A stretch of DNA of 64,000 nucleotides from Thecamonas trahens ATCC 50062 (lineage: Eukaryota; Protista; Apusomonadida). Below are positions 22,030 through 35,264 of this stretch, one piece after another (position 1 is the first letter of the stretch; each line of letters begins with the position of its first letter). Below the pieces are notes generated by a model. That model worked only from the letters and a program-made list of their open reading frames with translations, made no database searches and was not told the origin of the DNA. The stretch spans positions 372,001 to 436,000 of the forward strand of contig NW_013657677.1 in the NCBI RefSeq assembly GCF_000142905.1. Direction: 5' to 3'. The position numbers and the translations under genes were made by a program.

Positions 22030-25000
22030 ATGTCGCGCTTGCTGAGCAAGCTTGCCGAGCGTGTGCTGAAGAAAGTGATCGCGCAGTATGTGGAGGAGGT
22101 ATCGGTGGAGAGCGTCGGCGGCGGGCGGCGTGAGTGCTGGGCCAAGTGTAGCTCTGCCAGGCTCCGCCCGTCGGCGCTCATGTTCCTTGCCGACGTGCTC
22201 CCGTTGCGGGTGACCACGGGCTTTGTACGCTCGCTCTCGGTCACCGTCACTTACAGTCCGCTCTCTGCTGTTGTCCGCCTCGATGGTGTCGTGGCTCTCG
22301 CCTCGCCGCCTCCGGAAGACGGCCATCCCGCCGCCGCAGAGTGGGAGGCCGACCTCGCCGCCCGCCGCGCCGCCGCCCGCGACGCCGCACTTGCCACGCT
22401 CGAGTCTGACCACGTGGCCCAGCTCCGCGGCGGTGGGTATGATGCCGGCGTGGATGCTGGTGTGGATGCCTCCACGGATACCGACGATGAGACCAGCCAC
22501 TCTTGGATTGAGAACAAGGTCCGCCACATCCTCGCCAACCTCCACGTCGACATCTCGGACATCAACGTCCGCTACGAGTCCCACAAAGGCGGCCCAGCCC
22601 TCGGCATTGTTGCCGACACGCTGGCGCTCAAGTCGACGGACGCAGCGTGGGCCGAGCTCGGTCCGGGCGCCACGCCGCGCTCGGCCACAGACAGCACCAT
22701 GTTCAAGCTCGCGTCTCTCACAGGCCTTGGCTTTTACATTGAGCCGCAGTGTGACTCAGCTGTAGACGTTTCTTCGTCCGTAGACGAGCTGGCACAGACG
22801 CTGACAAGTCTGGCCTCGTCGCAGGAGCATTGCGAAGCCGATTCGGTGCCTGACAAGTTTGTCCTCCATGGCCTCAGCGCTCAGGTGCGAATCTCGCTCT
22901 CTGGTGATACAGCCGTGGTCAACGCCAGCCTCGATGCCTCGCCCGAGAGTCCTTGCGTGGCGCGTCTCTCGCAGGCTCAATTTGCTGCTATTGTCACGAT
23001 CCTCGCAGCAGCCGCCTCCCCGCCATCACCCCGCCCACCACGTCTTGTCGACGGTGGTGGCGCCGCCGCCTGGTGGGCGTACCTCGCAGGCAAGCTTGGC
23101 GCGAGCAGCTCGACATTGCGACTCGGTGAGTCACTAGTTGCCCGCTCTGCTCGCAAGCATGCCTACATTCGGTGCTACTTTACCATTATTGTCGCCGAGG
23201 CCGATCTCAGCCTCACGTTTGATGACTGTGGTAGCTCAGCGCTTTCGCTCTCGCAAGCACGCACCCAGCTTGCCCAACTCGAGGCTGATCTGTCCATCGA
23301 GGACATTCAGTACTTTCGTGAGTTGGCTCTTGATCACGGCTTTGCCCGCCTCTTTGCGGCGCCGACACCAGATTCTGCCAAGAAACGCGGAGTCAAGAAG
23401 CGACTCATGCGCCTTGTCCGCCGCAAGAAAAGCAACGCATCGCCAGACGCCGGGCTCGGCCAGACCGAACGCGACGCCCTTGCCGCTGCCCGCCGTCTCG
23501 AGCTTGCCCAGCGGGTCGCGGTTGTGTATGGCGGCCAGAGCAGTCTCAGCGAGCTGAGCATGACCTACGAGCTCATAGTTGCTTTTCCGGCGCTCCGGAT
23601 TGAGCTTGTGCCCAGCAGTGAGACCACTCCCTGCTTCATGGCCAACATGCGTGGTCTGGTATTCCGGCTCACGCCGGGCACGGCCTCTGTTGCTGTTGCC
23701 CACGTCGATGCAATCGCATCGCGTCTCTACTCGGGCACCCTTGTCGAGTGCACCGGGGAGTCTGCGGGAAGCCCAGCTCTCGAGGCGTCGATTGATTTTG
23801 CGCTTGAGCGAGGCGAGAGTAAGCCGGGATCTCTTCCGCCGATCGTTCTTCGGCTAACGACCCAACCAGCGATGCTGACGTACCATCCGGGCGCAGCAAG
23901 GGAGCTCGCGTCGTTCTTTGCACATCCACTCCGCCGCGAGGCCAGGCACCGGCTGGTCCATGCATCGGCGCGCAAGCGCGCGCAGCTCGTCCAGGCCTCG
24001 CGCGCTTCGGTCGAGTACATTCTCACAGAGCGGCGCCTGGTTGAGTTTGATGTTTCCATGGCTGCGCCTGTTGTCACGGTCCTTGTTGACCCTGAGCGCG
24101 ATGCCAGTCGTGGCTTTGTCGCTACGCTCGGCTCGCTTACCATCTCTTCGGAGCAGGCCTCGCTCGCGTACCAGCGGTATCAGATCGAGCTCGCCGGTGC
24201 GCGTGTAGTCCACATCATGCCAGCGCAGTGCACCGATTCGGTTGTCATCGACGATACCTCTCTTTCGGCTACCGTGCAGCGATGTGTCGTCTCAGACGAT
24301 CTCGTCTTACTCCCGCTCCATGTCGAGGCCGAAGTACAGCGGGTGGCGGTAGCTCTTGACGAGTTAGCGCTCGCCACGTTGGCCCAGACAGCTGTTGCCT
24401 TGGCAGACCTCGGTGGGCGCTATGAGCCTGCATCTAGCATTGCTGGTCAGTTTGCGACAGCCCCACCCGAGCCGACCGCGCTGTCTGCCGCCCACTGTGA
24501 TGCACTCGCGCAGGTCGAGACACTGCGGACTGTTCAGGCTCAGCTTGTCGTCCACCATGGCGAGGTGACGGTAGCCGACGCGCGAGGCGATCCTGTTGTT
24601 GTTGTGCGCGCGCAGCAGACGTGCACCTCGGTGCTCTTTCGCGCCTGTGATGTTCACCTGCGATCGACGGTTGCCAGTATGCACATGACGGACGGTCAGG
24701 CTGTCATGCTCACGGCGGTGGTACCCGAACCGCACCCTAGCGCGTCAATGTCACAATCGTTTGTCTCGCTCGAGTCGCTGCTGGACGAGCTGGAGGTGTT
24801 GGCGACGTCGCTTCTTGTCTCGCAGTTTGACAGCGACTTTGGACTCCGCATCGAGGCGCACCTCAAGGCCTGGCTCGAGCATCTGGATGTACCCACTGCA
24901 AAGCTGGAAGCATTGCGAGCGAGGATTACTGCCACGCCCGCGTTTTCACCACATCTGAACGCGCTCATTGTGGCCGGCCATGCTTCGCCTGCCATCTGCG

Positions 25001-28000
25001 AGCTCGGTGAAGCAGTGCTGTCCCGAGTGGCGTTTGCCTCTGCGCGCGCTGAGCTCAAGTGGTCGTCGCTGCGGCCGGGGCCGGCAACTAAGCTCTGGCT
25101 CAGTGCTCTTGACCATCTGCCACACCTGAAGACAGCAACGCGGCCAAGTGTTGTCCTAGTCTGGATCGACGCCTACGAGCTCGAAAGCGAGCTGATATGG
25201 TCGTCACTCACCCGGATCGCAGAGCTGTCTGGCGCGGCTCGTCGTGCCTATCACGACCGCCGCCGCGTGGTCAACACCGGAGAAAGCTTTGACATCGGCG
25301 AGCGTGTTGCCGACGATTCCCCAGCCTGTGGTATGTCCACGCCCACCACCTCGATCTCATCTGCAGTCACGTCGTGGATGGACCGTCACCGAACGGAGCG
25401 GCTAGAGCTTGTTCAGGTCGAGTTGCGACTGCGAGCGCTCTCGCTTGCAGTGGTCACGCCACCTTCGCTCAGCGTAGCCAGCTTTGTTTCCGCAGTCGAG
25501 CCGGACGGATTGGCCGGGCGCGTGTTTCTCGACGCTAACTTGCGCGGTCTCGAGATGCGGCTGAGCCAGACTCGGCGGGGGGTGTCGCTCGGCGGTTCGT
25601 TGCACACACTCCGACTGGTAGATGCTCTTCTCACGCCGCCAGTCCCGCTTGTGGTGATGACCAAGGCGCGGGCTACAGGCGCGGATGGCGCTGGGTCGTC
25701 CAGTGTCGAAGCGTACGCCACGGTTGCGTATGATGCGACCGACGAGGTGCCGACGTCAACTATCACTGCGGGGTGCATCGCCCCGTCGCGGGTGGTTCTG
25801 GCGCCAGAAGCTCTCGTTCATCTCGGTGCCATGGGCGAGGAGCTACACAAGCTCTCGCGAGCGTGGACAGGGGCTGCTACAAGCGAGGAAGCCGGCGTGC
25901 AGTCAAGCGCTGAGATCGAGCAGGTGCCGGAGCCGGCGGCGCAGGTTGGCAAGGTCATCTTCTCTCTGCGAATTCAGTCTCCAATCGTCATTGTGCCACC
26001 ACCATCACTCGCTGGTGGGCCGCTGCTCGCGCTGAACATGGATGTGTTTCAGGCGGAGGGAAGCGCGTACGGCGCGATGAACGACCTGGTCTTCTCCACC
26101 GATGCCGCGCAAGTCGTCTTTGTGGCGAATGGCGACTGGATTGGCCTCACCAACTGGTCGTGGGCGCTGGACCACCAGCTTGCGCTACCGTCGTACCTCC
26201 ATGTCCTACCGTGTGCACAAGCGCAGGCCAAGATCCAGACCCGTGCCGGATCGGAGCCGCGGCTGGAAGTGGGTGTGACCCAGGGCGGACGCGAGATCGT
26301 GAGCATGCACCTCTGTCCCGAGCTCTTGTCGTTTGTCACTGATCTTCGGCGGCGGCTAGAGTGCGTGCCGGAGCTCGGCGTCGCCCGCGGAAGGCAGGCC
26401 GGCGACAGCGAGATGCGAGTGCCTGGCGAGAGCGAGCGGATGCAGTTTGCTGAGCTTGCGCGGTGGCTCTTTTCACGCCGGAGCATCTCGTGCTCGACGC
26501 GTGGCAGCCGGCATGGAAACTCAAGGCTACGTTTCCGTATGGCCTGCGAATGCAGCTGTTCCGGTCGGCAGCGTTGATGAAAGCCGCCTGCCAGGCAGAT
26601 CGACCGGTTGACGCCCCTGAAGTGCTCGCGCTTGTGGTGGCGACAGCCAACGTCGAGGTCCGGGTCGAGGCAGCGAGCAACACCCACCGGTGGAGCAACA
26701 TTGGCCCGTACTTTGTGCTGCGGCGGCGGCGGATCGAGATTGACTGCGGCGAACTTCAAGTTGACAACTACTTTGCGTCGAACCACCACAAGCCGGTCAT
26801 TCAGTCGCACCACTCGCTGCCGGTGCAGGCGGTGATCTCGAGCTTCTCGCTCGAGCCGACCCAGGCAACGAGGTTGGTGATGCGGATGTCGGCGCAGCGT
26901 GAGCCGTCGCCGACGTGGCAAGAGCGCTTCCGGCTTTTGCAGGATATCCGATCGGGAGTGGTGTTTGGCGAGGCGACGGTTGCCCTTCAGGGTCGATTCA
27001 TGCTTCACTACCGCAAGAGCGCGGTCGACGACTTGCGGCGGTTCATCAACTCGTCGCTGCTGCCAGCGATGCAGATGCCGAGCGCAACATGGCGCGGCGA
27101 TCGGATGTATGGCCTCGCGCGGGGCGTTCAGCCGCTGCTCTACTTTCACACGCTGCGATCGTCGGAACTTGACGCCACTCTCAACCTCGAAGCCGTGCGA
27201 ATGGTCGTCAACGCCAACGTGCGCGACTTTCAGCTCAGTGTCCCGCCGCTTGCCGAGACCGAACTTGTAGTGTGTGCCGGCAACGTGGGCAGGCTCTTTC
27301 TTAACCACTACTTTTCGTCGGATACTGGGTCTGGAGTGTGGGCACAGGCAACCCGGCTGGCACAGGCGGGGTGGAGCCGTGTCAAGGGCTATGTGCCACT
27401 GCTTGATCCACAGATTCCAACGGTGCCGACAGCCGTCCTTGCGCGCGTGCCTCGCGGTGCCTCGCACTCGCCGTTTGTCACGATGGAGATCCGTGACGGT
27501 GACGGGCGGCTGTACCGCGACGACGATGAGGCGGGGAACGAGGTCAGCGATGGCGGCCTCGCTCGCGGCGATGCACGATTTGTGGACATCACGCCATGGG
27601 CCGAGGTGGTTGAGCTTCCCGGAGCCGAGGCCGAGGCCAAGGCATTTGCTGCGGTGCTCTATCCCGACTTGGACCGCGCTTGGCACGGCCGGGCCGAACC
27701 GTGCACCTTTATCATTGATCTCGGCATGCAAGTAGTGGTGGCACAGGTGGACATCCGCAACGCACGGGGGGTGACTGGCGCGGAGCGTGGGGCCCGGCGA
27801 GTCAAGATTGCGCTTGCCGTCGATCCAGAAGGCCCATGGCTCCAAGCGGTCGACGACGAGCTGCGATATCCGGGGAGCGAAGCCACCGACGCTCTCCCGC
27901 TGCACTCGTTCCGGGTGCTTGTCAATCCCAGCGGCGGCGCGAGGTTTGTCCGCGTTGCCATCGAGACGTGGTACGAGATCGGGCCGGGCCTCACGCTGCT

Positions 28001-29387
28001 ACGGTTCCAGTGCGAGCGCCATGCGGTGCCGCATGCAGCGCTGTACGGGACGCGGTCGCGGCGGGCGCGACGGGCTGGTGGGATGCACGTGATATATGCG
28101 CTCGATGAGCCGTGGGGCAATCAAGGCGAGCTGATCATTGATCTCGGCGCCCAGTACGAAGTGACGGGTGTTGCAGCCTCGAACGTGGTGGTGGTGAGCA
28201 GCGATTGCGCCGACGACGTCGAGTCGCTTGTGTACGAGCCACGAGGCGTGGCTGTTTTTGAGCTTGCGTGTGCTGCAGCTGGTGGTAGCGGCTTTGTGCC
28301 GTCGGTGTACGGGCGGCTGCGGGCGCCGCCGGACCTCGACAGCGCCGAGTGCTGTCTGCCGGGCGAGTCGCGGCTCACGCCGCCGTTCTTCCGCGTTGCG
28401 CCATTGCTTGGTGGTACGGTCCGCGCCCGGTTTGTGCGGTTCCGAGTGCTCGAAGCTTGGGGCGAGGGACCGAGCCTCGAGTATTTGCAGATCTACGGGC
28501 GGTTGGCGCAGGAGGTGGCCGGGCCGAGTGGCGTAGGTAGCGGCGATTCTGACCCACATATTGCTGGAATCGTCAACATGCGGGCACTCGAGATGGCGCT
28601 CGAGCGCGAGCAAGGTGAAGGCAGTGGAGGCGACGCATGGAGTGGGCCTTGGCGAGGCGCCGTGGGTGCGTCTGGCCGAATGTTCCGTCTTGTTCCGCTC
28701 GATGATGGCGCCGTGGTGTGCTCGATTTCGGTCCAGCAAGCGTGGACAGCGAGCCACGACGACGACGCCGGTGGCGCCGGCATCCGCGGCATTGTGGTGT
28801 GGAACGGTGAGCGGCGACTGATTGATCCAGAGCTGGCGCGCGAGAGTGCCGGGCGGTGGGTGACGCTCCCGACGCCGCTAGTGGCGATCGAGGAAGGCGG
28901 GCTGAGCTTTGAGCTCAACTCGTTCCACGGGACAGGTGGTGCTTTTGACGCGATTGCAGTGCGCGGAACAGGCGATTCGGAACTAGTGGAGGCTCTCATG
29001 GCCGGCAAAGTTCGCGCGGCGCTGCCGCTGACACTCGAGCCAGTGGGCGAGGCTGGAGCGCTCGCGGTCACAGCGCCGCCGTACGACCGAGCGGCGCTGG
29101 TCTCCGGCATCGAAATCCGTGGGCCGCCGGGCGTCGTGTCTGTACAGGGCTACTTTGCGCGACGCGGACAGTGGGTGGACTTGTGCGTGGTCACGCTGCT
29201 TGGCCTCGAGGTGTGGGTATGTGTCGATGTGGCACGGCCGGTGGCGACGCAGTGGATCCGGGTGGTGACGAGCAGTGCGGCCGAGTCGGAGCCGTGGCCG
29301 GCTGACCGTCTGGTAGTGCTCGGCGCACCTCGTTCGCGGGCACGGTCGCGGTCACGGCCACTCTCGCGGCGGCAGGGAGGTGTGTAA
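22030..29387 (+). CDS. VPS13/chorein-N bridge-like lipid transfer protein with C-terminal discoidin/galactose-binding-like domains (one frameshift near 26470)
   Basis: Chorein_N features (VLKKVIAQYVE..LPLRVTTGFVRSLSVTV..ILANLHVDISDINVRYE..FKLASLTGLGFY) and VPS13-like LEADLSIEDIQYFRELA. ORFs 22030-26577 and 26463-29387 join by adding one T at 26470-26473. The C-terminus has IIDLG..ARFVR motifs. Confidence 0.7.
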
Positions 29388-29420
29388 AGACAGACTTGTC
29401 GCAGGGAGTTCTACAATCTG

Positions 29421-30911
29421 ATGCTGCGGGCTCTGGCGCGGAGCGTGAGCTGGGCAGGGTGCGGGGTGCGCGCGGTGGCAGGTGTAGTCGCCGTGCAGCG
29501 GAGGGTGGGCGACGGTCGGCGAGGGATGGCGGCGACGTTTGGCGAGACGTACGCGGCGCTGGTGGCGGGCGGCAAGCTGCGGGTGGATCCGGTGCAGCAA
29601 GCAGCGGTGGCAGAGCTGACGCGGCTAGAGGAGCGAGTGTTGGCATGGGAGGCAAGCGGCGGACCGGGCAAGGCGGCAGCAGCAGCGGCGACGGGACGAG
29701 GTGCGAGCGCGGGCGCGAGCAGGCGGGCCGGTGGGTGGCTAGGCTCACTTCTCGGCGGCGGCGGAGTCGAGAATGGCGCGAACAAGACGCTTGCCCCACC
29801 GGCCGGCCTTCCAAAGGGCCTTTACATGTACGGCGGGGTGGGATGCGGGAAGACGATGCTGATGGACGCGTTCTACGAGCACGTCGACGTGGGCTCCAAG
29901 GCTCGGGTCTCGTTCCACACCTTTATGCTCCGGGTCCATGCGGCGATGCACAAGTGGAAGCAGAGCGAAGGCGCCAAGGCACGACAGGCTGGTGGCGAGT
30001 CGCGGATGATGGGCGATGTGGCTGCCGAGATGGTGCGGTCCGGCTGGCTGTTGTGCTTTGACGAGTTCCAGGTCACCGACATCGCTACGGCAATGATCAT
30101 CCGGCAGCTGTTTGAGAACCTATTCGCGCACGGTGCGGTGGTTATGGCAACGTCAAACCGACCGCCTAATGAGTTGTACTTGGGCGGCCTGCAGCGGGAT
30201 CTCTTTCTCCCGTTCATCGACTTGCTGAACGAGCGGTGCGAGGTTCACCACCTGGCGTCGAATCGCGACTACCGGGCAGTGCTCTCGGCCGAGAGTGCGG
30301 CACAGCCGACCGAGGGCACGGAAACGTACATGTTCCCGCTTGCCCAGTCTGTGGAGGAGCGGATGGAGGCTGCCTTTGCACAGGCAACAGCCGATGCCAG
30401 TCAGGCGCCAGCGCCGATGGAGCTCCCGGTCATGATGGGTCGCAAGATCGTGATTCCGCGCGCAGCTAACAGGGTGGCGTGGATTAGCTTCTCTGAGCTG
30501 TGCGAGGCGGCGGTGTACTCGGCTGACTACCTCGCACTGACCGAGGCGTTCGACTCGGTGTTCATCACCGGCGTGCCGCAGCTCGGCGAGGAGACACCCA
30601 ACGAGGCGCGGCGGTTTGTGACACTCATTGATCAGCTGTACGAGGCCGGTGTCAAGGTTGTTCTCTCCGCGGAAGTTCCGCTCAACGAGCTGTACCAAGG
30701 TATCAAGCGCGATGCACACGGGGTGGAGGTGAGCGCGGCAGGAGACGGGGGTGGCAAGGGTGCCGGAAGCGGCCTCCGCGAGGACGTGGCCTTTGCCTTT
30801 GATCGCACCGTCTCGCGAATCCTCGAGATGAACTCGGACGAGTATCTCTTGCGATGGGCGAAGCGGCGGCGAATTGTCGATGCTGGACCGGGGGTGGAGC
30901 CGAGCCAATGA
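29421..30911 (+). CDS. AFG1L: AFG1/LACE1/ZapE family mitochondrial ATPase
   Basis: Motifs PKGLYMYGGVGCGKT, LLCFDEFQVTDIA, ATSNRPP, GLQR and RRFVTLIDQLYE; Arg-rich presequence. Confidence 0.93.
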   Translation: MLRALARSVSWAGCGVRAVAGVVAVQRRVGDGRRGMAATFGETYAALVAGGKLRVDPVQQAAVAELTRLEERVLAWEASGGPGKAAAAAATGRGASAGASRRAGGWLGSLLGGGGVENGANKTLAPPAGLPKGLYMYGGVGCGKTMLMDAFYEHVDVGSKARVSFHTFMLRVHAAMHKWKQSEGAKARQAGGESRMMGDVAAEMVRSGWLLCFDEFQVTDIATAMIIRQLFENLFAHGAVVMATSNRPPNELYLGGLQRDLFLPFIDLLNERCEVHHLASNRDYRAVLSAESAAQPTEGTETYMFPLAQSVEERMEAAFAQATADASQAPAPMELPVMMGRKIVIPRAANRVAWISFSELCEAAVYSADYLALTEAFDSVFITGVPQLGEETPNEARRFVTLIDQLYEAGVKVVLSAEVPLNELYQGIKRDAHGVEVSAAGDGGGKGAGSGLREDVAFAFDRTVSRILEMNSDEYLLRWAKRRRIVDAGPGVEPSQ

Positions 30912-31039
30912 ATAGTGACCATCTGGCGTGCCGGCTAGCCGGCGTGCGGTCGGCCCTGGCGACGGGCGGCAGGCGGTGGCAGCTGCGCACACGCGACTTT
31001 CGACGCCGGCGGCGGGCGAGTCGGGCGTGGGAGGAGGGC

Positions 31040-32172
31040 ATGGGCGGCAACGACGTGATTGGGTGTGCGTATGGCGGTGGGCTGATGGCGGGGAGTGCCA
31101 AGTGTGTGCGTGTTGCGGTGCTGGCGGGTGTGGCTGTGGCGGCATGGGCCTTTGTCCTTGCCCGGGTGGCGTTCACCGTCGGCTCGTCGGGAGCGCAGCT
31201 GGCGTCTGTCCGCGGCAGCATCCTCGGTCTTGCGGCGGTGTATGTGACGCTGCTTGTGGTGCACTGGATGGCGCTAGGGGTAGTGGCGCTCGACTACGTA
31301 GCCATCTATCTCAAGGTTGTCCTCGCTGCTCTTGTCGCCCTCCACTACGCCCTGCAGGTGGTGCGGCTGTTCCGCTTCGGCGCCCGCTTCCGAAAGCGGG
31401 CCATGGTGGCTTGCGCGTGCGTGATAGCGGTGGCGAGCGCGGTGCTCGCGGTCTCGTTCATGGCTCCGCTGAAGAATGCTGTCTTTGGCTCGAATGTGTC
31501 GTGCAAGCGCCCGGCGTGGATTCTGCAGAGCTCGCTGGAGTTTGCCATGGCGTTGGCGTGCCTCGCCGGCGCAGTGCTGCTGACTCGCCGGCTGCGGGCG
31601 GTGGCGGCACTCTCGTCGTCGTTTGTGGCGTTTGAGCTGAAGCACATGTGGCTGCTCACTGTCGTGTTTGTTGTCACCTCGAGTGTCTCGCTCGGCTACG
31701 AGATTGCGGAGCTTGTGCAGATCCGCACCGAGGCCGACTGCACGTCGTACCTGGACTCGCCCAAGTGGGCGGCGGCCAATGCCGGGCTCCGCGTTGTGGT
31801 CCTCATCCTTCCGGTGGTGACGACAGTGGCGGTCTTTGCTTCGCTGGCGCGCAAGTATACGGATAAGTTTAACGCGGCTGGTGGCAGGGGGGAAGCAGCG
31901 AGCCGCTGATGGGCGGCGGAGTGAGCTCGATCAATGGGCCACAGGTTGCGGGCGCGTTCGCCAACCCGACGGCGGGACTCGCGCCCGGCGCTGGGGGCAT
32001 GGCGAGAAGTGGCTCGCGGTACTACGGCTTGCGAGCCGGCCACGCATCGCTTCACAATCTTGTTGGTCGTTCGCCGGGCAAGGCCTGGGGGCCTGCGGCG
32101 CACCCGGACACGGTCTTGTTTGACGAGAGCGAGACCGGCGACGAGTACGCAAGTCTGCCGTACGGAACATGA
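31040..32172 (+). CDS. Multi-pass (6-7 TM) membrane protein, hypothetical (one frameshift)
   Basis: Repeated hydrophobic helices. Adding one G at 31887-31892 joins ORF 31909-32172 (..GGSSEPLMGGG..). Start uncertain (30909 or 31040). Confidence 0.55.
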
Positions 32173-32176
32173 GGAG

Positions 32177-35100
32177 CTAGCGTGGCGGCGGCGGTGGGCC
32201 CGGTTTGTCCTCTTTGAAAGCGGCATGGACGAGGTTCTGGACGTAGTTGAGCGAGGTGTGGAAGACGTCGACGTAGACGTCAAGGGCACCGTTAGCACGG
32301 AGTTTGATGGTGCCCTTGTCAAGGTACTTGAGGATGACGTCCACGTTGAGGCCAGTGATGGTCCCGTGGGTCCTCGGTGAGATCCAAGTCGACGACGCTG
32401 GGATGGTCCACTGGCTTTCTGCCGTGAGCGAGATGTTGACGATGGCGACCTGGGTCTTGCCCTGCCAGATGGTAAAGTTGCCTGCGCGCATGGCGAGCGA
32501 CGACGGGTACGGATTGACCATTTCGAGGATGAGGTCAAAGGAGCGCGAGCCTTCGGCGAGCTTAATAAGGTTGATGTGGAGGTAGGCAAAGTCGATGAGC
32601 GGGACCTTGTTGGCTGGAATGATGGCGGAGGTGGACCAGATCTTGCAAGCGGGAACAAGATACGGAATGTTTGTGCCGTTGGCGTTCGAGGCGACACTGA
32701 CAGTGATGTCCGAGCCCGAGACGTAGTTGGAGAGGAACTCGACACCAACCTCGGGTGCATCGGCAGGAGCAGTGTAGAGCGCGACGACGTTGAACGTGTT
32801 CCATGCATTCGAGTCGAGCCAGAACTTTTCAAGAACGGCCGATGCCATGATCACGCCCTTGTAGCCGACGTAGAGGACAAGCCTCCCGAGGTGACCGCCA
32901 GCGGTCGACGGGTTGTAGATGCCAAGGTCGAGCTTGATGGTGAGCTGGTTGTGGGAGACCGCGGTGTCAAGGATGGCAGAGCGGACGTCGATGGGAGGGT
33001 GGGAGAAGCCGGCAGCGCCGAGCAGAAAGACTGGCTCGTCGACCGGGAGCGCCGAGAGGGTGACGTTGCCAAACGGAGTTTCCGCCGCAACCGAAGCGGT
33101 GCCGACCATACGAATGGATGTGTTGGCGTGGAGGAGCAAGTCGTTAATGAGGAGCGAAAAGGTGGGCCCGAGGCGACGGTGAGGGGCGTGTGATCAAACG
33201 AAACAACAAGCGTTCCGGCGGCCTGAGATGAGACGGCGGGCGTCCAGGGGACAGCAGCCGAGCCGAGAGCCGAGCCATTGACAAAGATGGTAAAGTCGAG
33301 GGCGAGGGCCGAGATGTCGAGGGTGATGTGAAAGGCACAGGCCCAGATGGCGAGGGCAGTGCCGGCGACGGTGGGCGAGGCAACCGGGAAAACGTCAAAG
33401 TTGAGGCGCTTCATGGCGATACCGTGGATGACCGAGTCGTTGGACGGTGGGAGCGTGACCGGAATGGTGAGCGAGGTGATGACGGAGCGGAGCCAGGCGG
33501 CGGACGTGGTGCCCGAGGTGCCGCGGACGACAAGCGAGGCGTTGCGCCCGGAGAGATACTTGGAGATGGTGTCCGATGCAGCTGGTAGGGCGGACGAGTG
33601 AGGATCAAAAACGCCAGTCATGGACAGTGCGTTAGGTCCGGGGGTCATGGCGAGAGAGCCGACCGTGACTGAGCCTAAGCGGGCGCCGGAAGGGTGGAAG
33701 ACACCGAGGTCGACCGAGCCGAGATCAAACGAGGCGACAGAGGGGTTGGTCAGCTCGGCATCAATGTCAAGCATCACACCGCCGGTCGGCGCATTTCCAG
33801 GCAGACTAAAGGAGATGACGCGGGTCGCGCCTGGAGCAGTAAAGCCGCTAAAGCCAGTGAGAGGGATGGCGACGTCAAACGGGAGCGATGCGAGGATCAT
33901 GGTACCGGCGGCGAGGGTGGCGTTGACCGAGGCGGTGCCGGTGAGTGTGAGCGAGATTTGTGGCGCATCGACAAAGCAGGAGACCCAGGCGGCAAAAGCT
34001 GTGCCGTCCGAGTGGAGCGGGAAGATAAGTGAGGTAGCGATGTCCAAGGCAACCGTGGTGGGGTTGGGCATCGCAGTCGGAGTCCATGGCGTGGTGAGAG
34101 TGCCGAGGACGGTGCCAGAGGCGTCGGTGAGCGCAGCTGTAAAGGTGGCGGCATGAACAGTGCACGGCGAGTTTGCGCCGAGCGGGTTGACAATGGCCAT
34201 CGAGGCGGCGGCGTTGAGTGCGACGGCGGTGTTAGGGCAGCGGCGTCGACGCTGACTGCGAGCGAGGAGTAGGTGACGCCGGCGATGAGTGCTGTCTTGT
34301 TACCGATGAGCAGCGTGTCGATGCTGAGGCCATGCAGGGCGTCGTTGTAGAGATGCTGCGAGCAGACGATGCCTGTCGAGGCGGCGCGCGATGAGACGGT
34401 GACGTTGTCGCCGCGGAGGTAGGCCGAGATGACCTCGGCGCCGAGCACGGTGTCTTGCGGGTTGAAAACGCCGGAGAGTGCGACGTGGTTGTAACTGTGG
34501 GCAACGAGGACAACGTTGCGAACAACAACGTGACCCATGAGCACATCCTGGTAGTAGATGCCAAAGAAGAGGTCGCCGAGCGGGTCGATCGTGACGACCG
34601 ACGGGTTGTAGATGTTGATGACAAGGTTGAGGACGACGGCGTGTGGCGTGGAATGGTCCATGTCAAAGACAAGCATGGAAACGTCTGCAAGGCCACCAAA
34701 GGCCGGCAGCGTGATATCCTTAGTCAGAGAGATGGAGCGGCAGTAGAGGCCGGCGAGAACGCAGACACGCGGGGTGCCGGCGACTTGCCACACGACCGCC
34801 GAGTCGTTGACGAGCGCCTGGCCAAAGGCGGAGAAGACGACCGGGTCGGGCACCAGCGTGTCTGTGCGCTCAACGACGGCAGCACCGCCCGAGACATGTA
34901 CATCGCCGACGTCAAGGTCGCCAAGGTGGCTGCCGCGAAAGGCGATGGCGAGGCGGAGGCCGTGAAGGGTGGCCGGGAAGCTCCCCGCATGCGAGAGGCG
35001 TGCGGTGTAGGCAACAACGACCGAATCGTTCTTTGGCTGCGAGAGCGAGACGGCCGAGATGTCGAGGCAAGAGCCGGCGACGGCGGCGTGCATGGCGTGC

Positions 35101-35264
35101 GGGATGACGACGGCAAAGACGAGGACGACGATGATGGTGGTGAGGACGAGGCAGGCAGCGCAGGCACCTGCAGCGGTGCACCGGGAGCAGCAGCGGCGGG
35201 GGGAGGGTGAGGAGGCGAGCGAGGGGCGAAGGAGGGGATGTGCCTCTGTTTGAATGGATGTCAT
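32177..35264 (-). CDS. Single-pass membrane protein with tandem DUF3712/LEA-2-like beta domains (two frameshifts)
   Basis: N-terminal EAHPLL dileucine motif, then a TM helix. Repeated units: F..F...L...W, IYNPS/LTNPS and ISAYLRG/ISKYLSG/LSNYVSG. Adding one C at 34235-34237 and one at 33164-33166 joins three ORFs. Confidence 0.7.

Noticed and set aside
21970-22030. ACTCAC...CAG upstream of start codons (VPS13-like, IMPACT) as evidence for spliced-leader trans-splicing
   Set aside because: There are too few cases, the motif is common in CA-rich spacers, and 5' UTR introns would look the same. It cannot be supported without cDNA.
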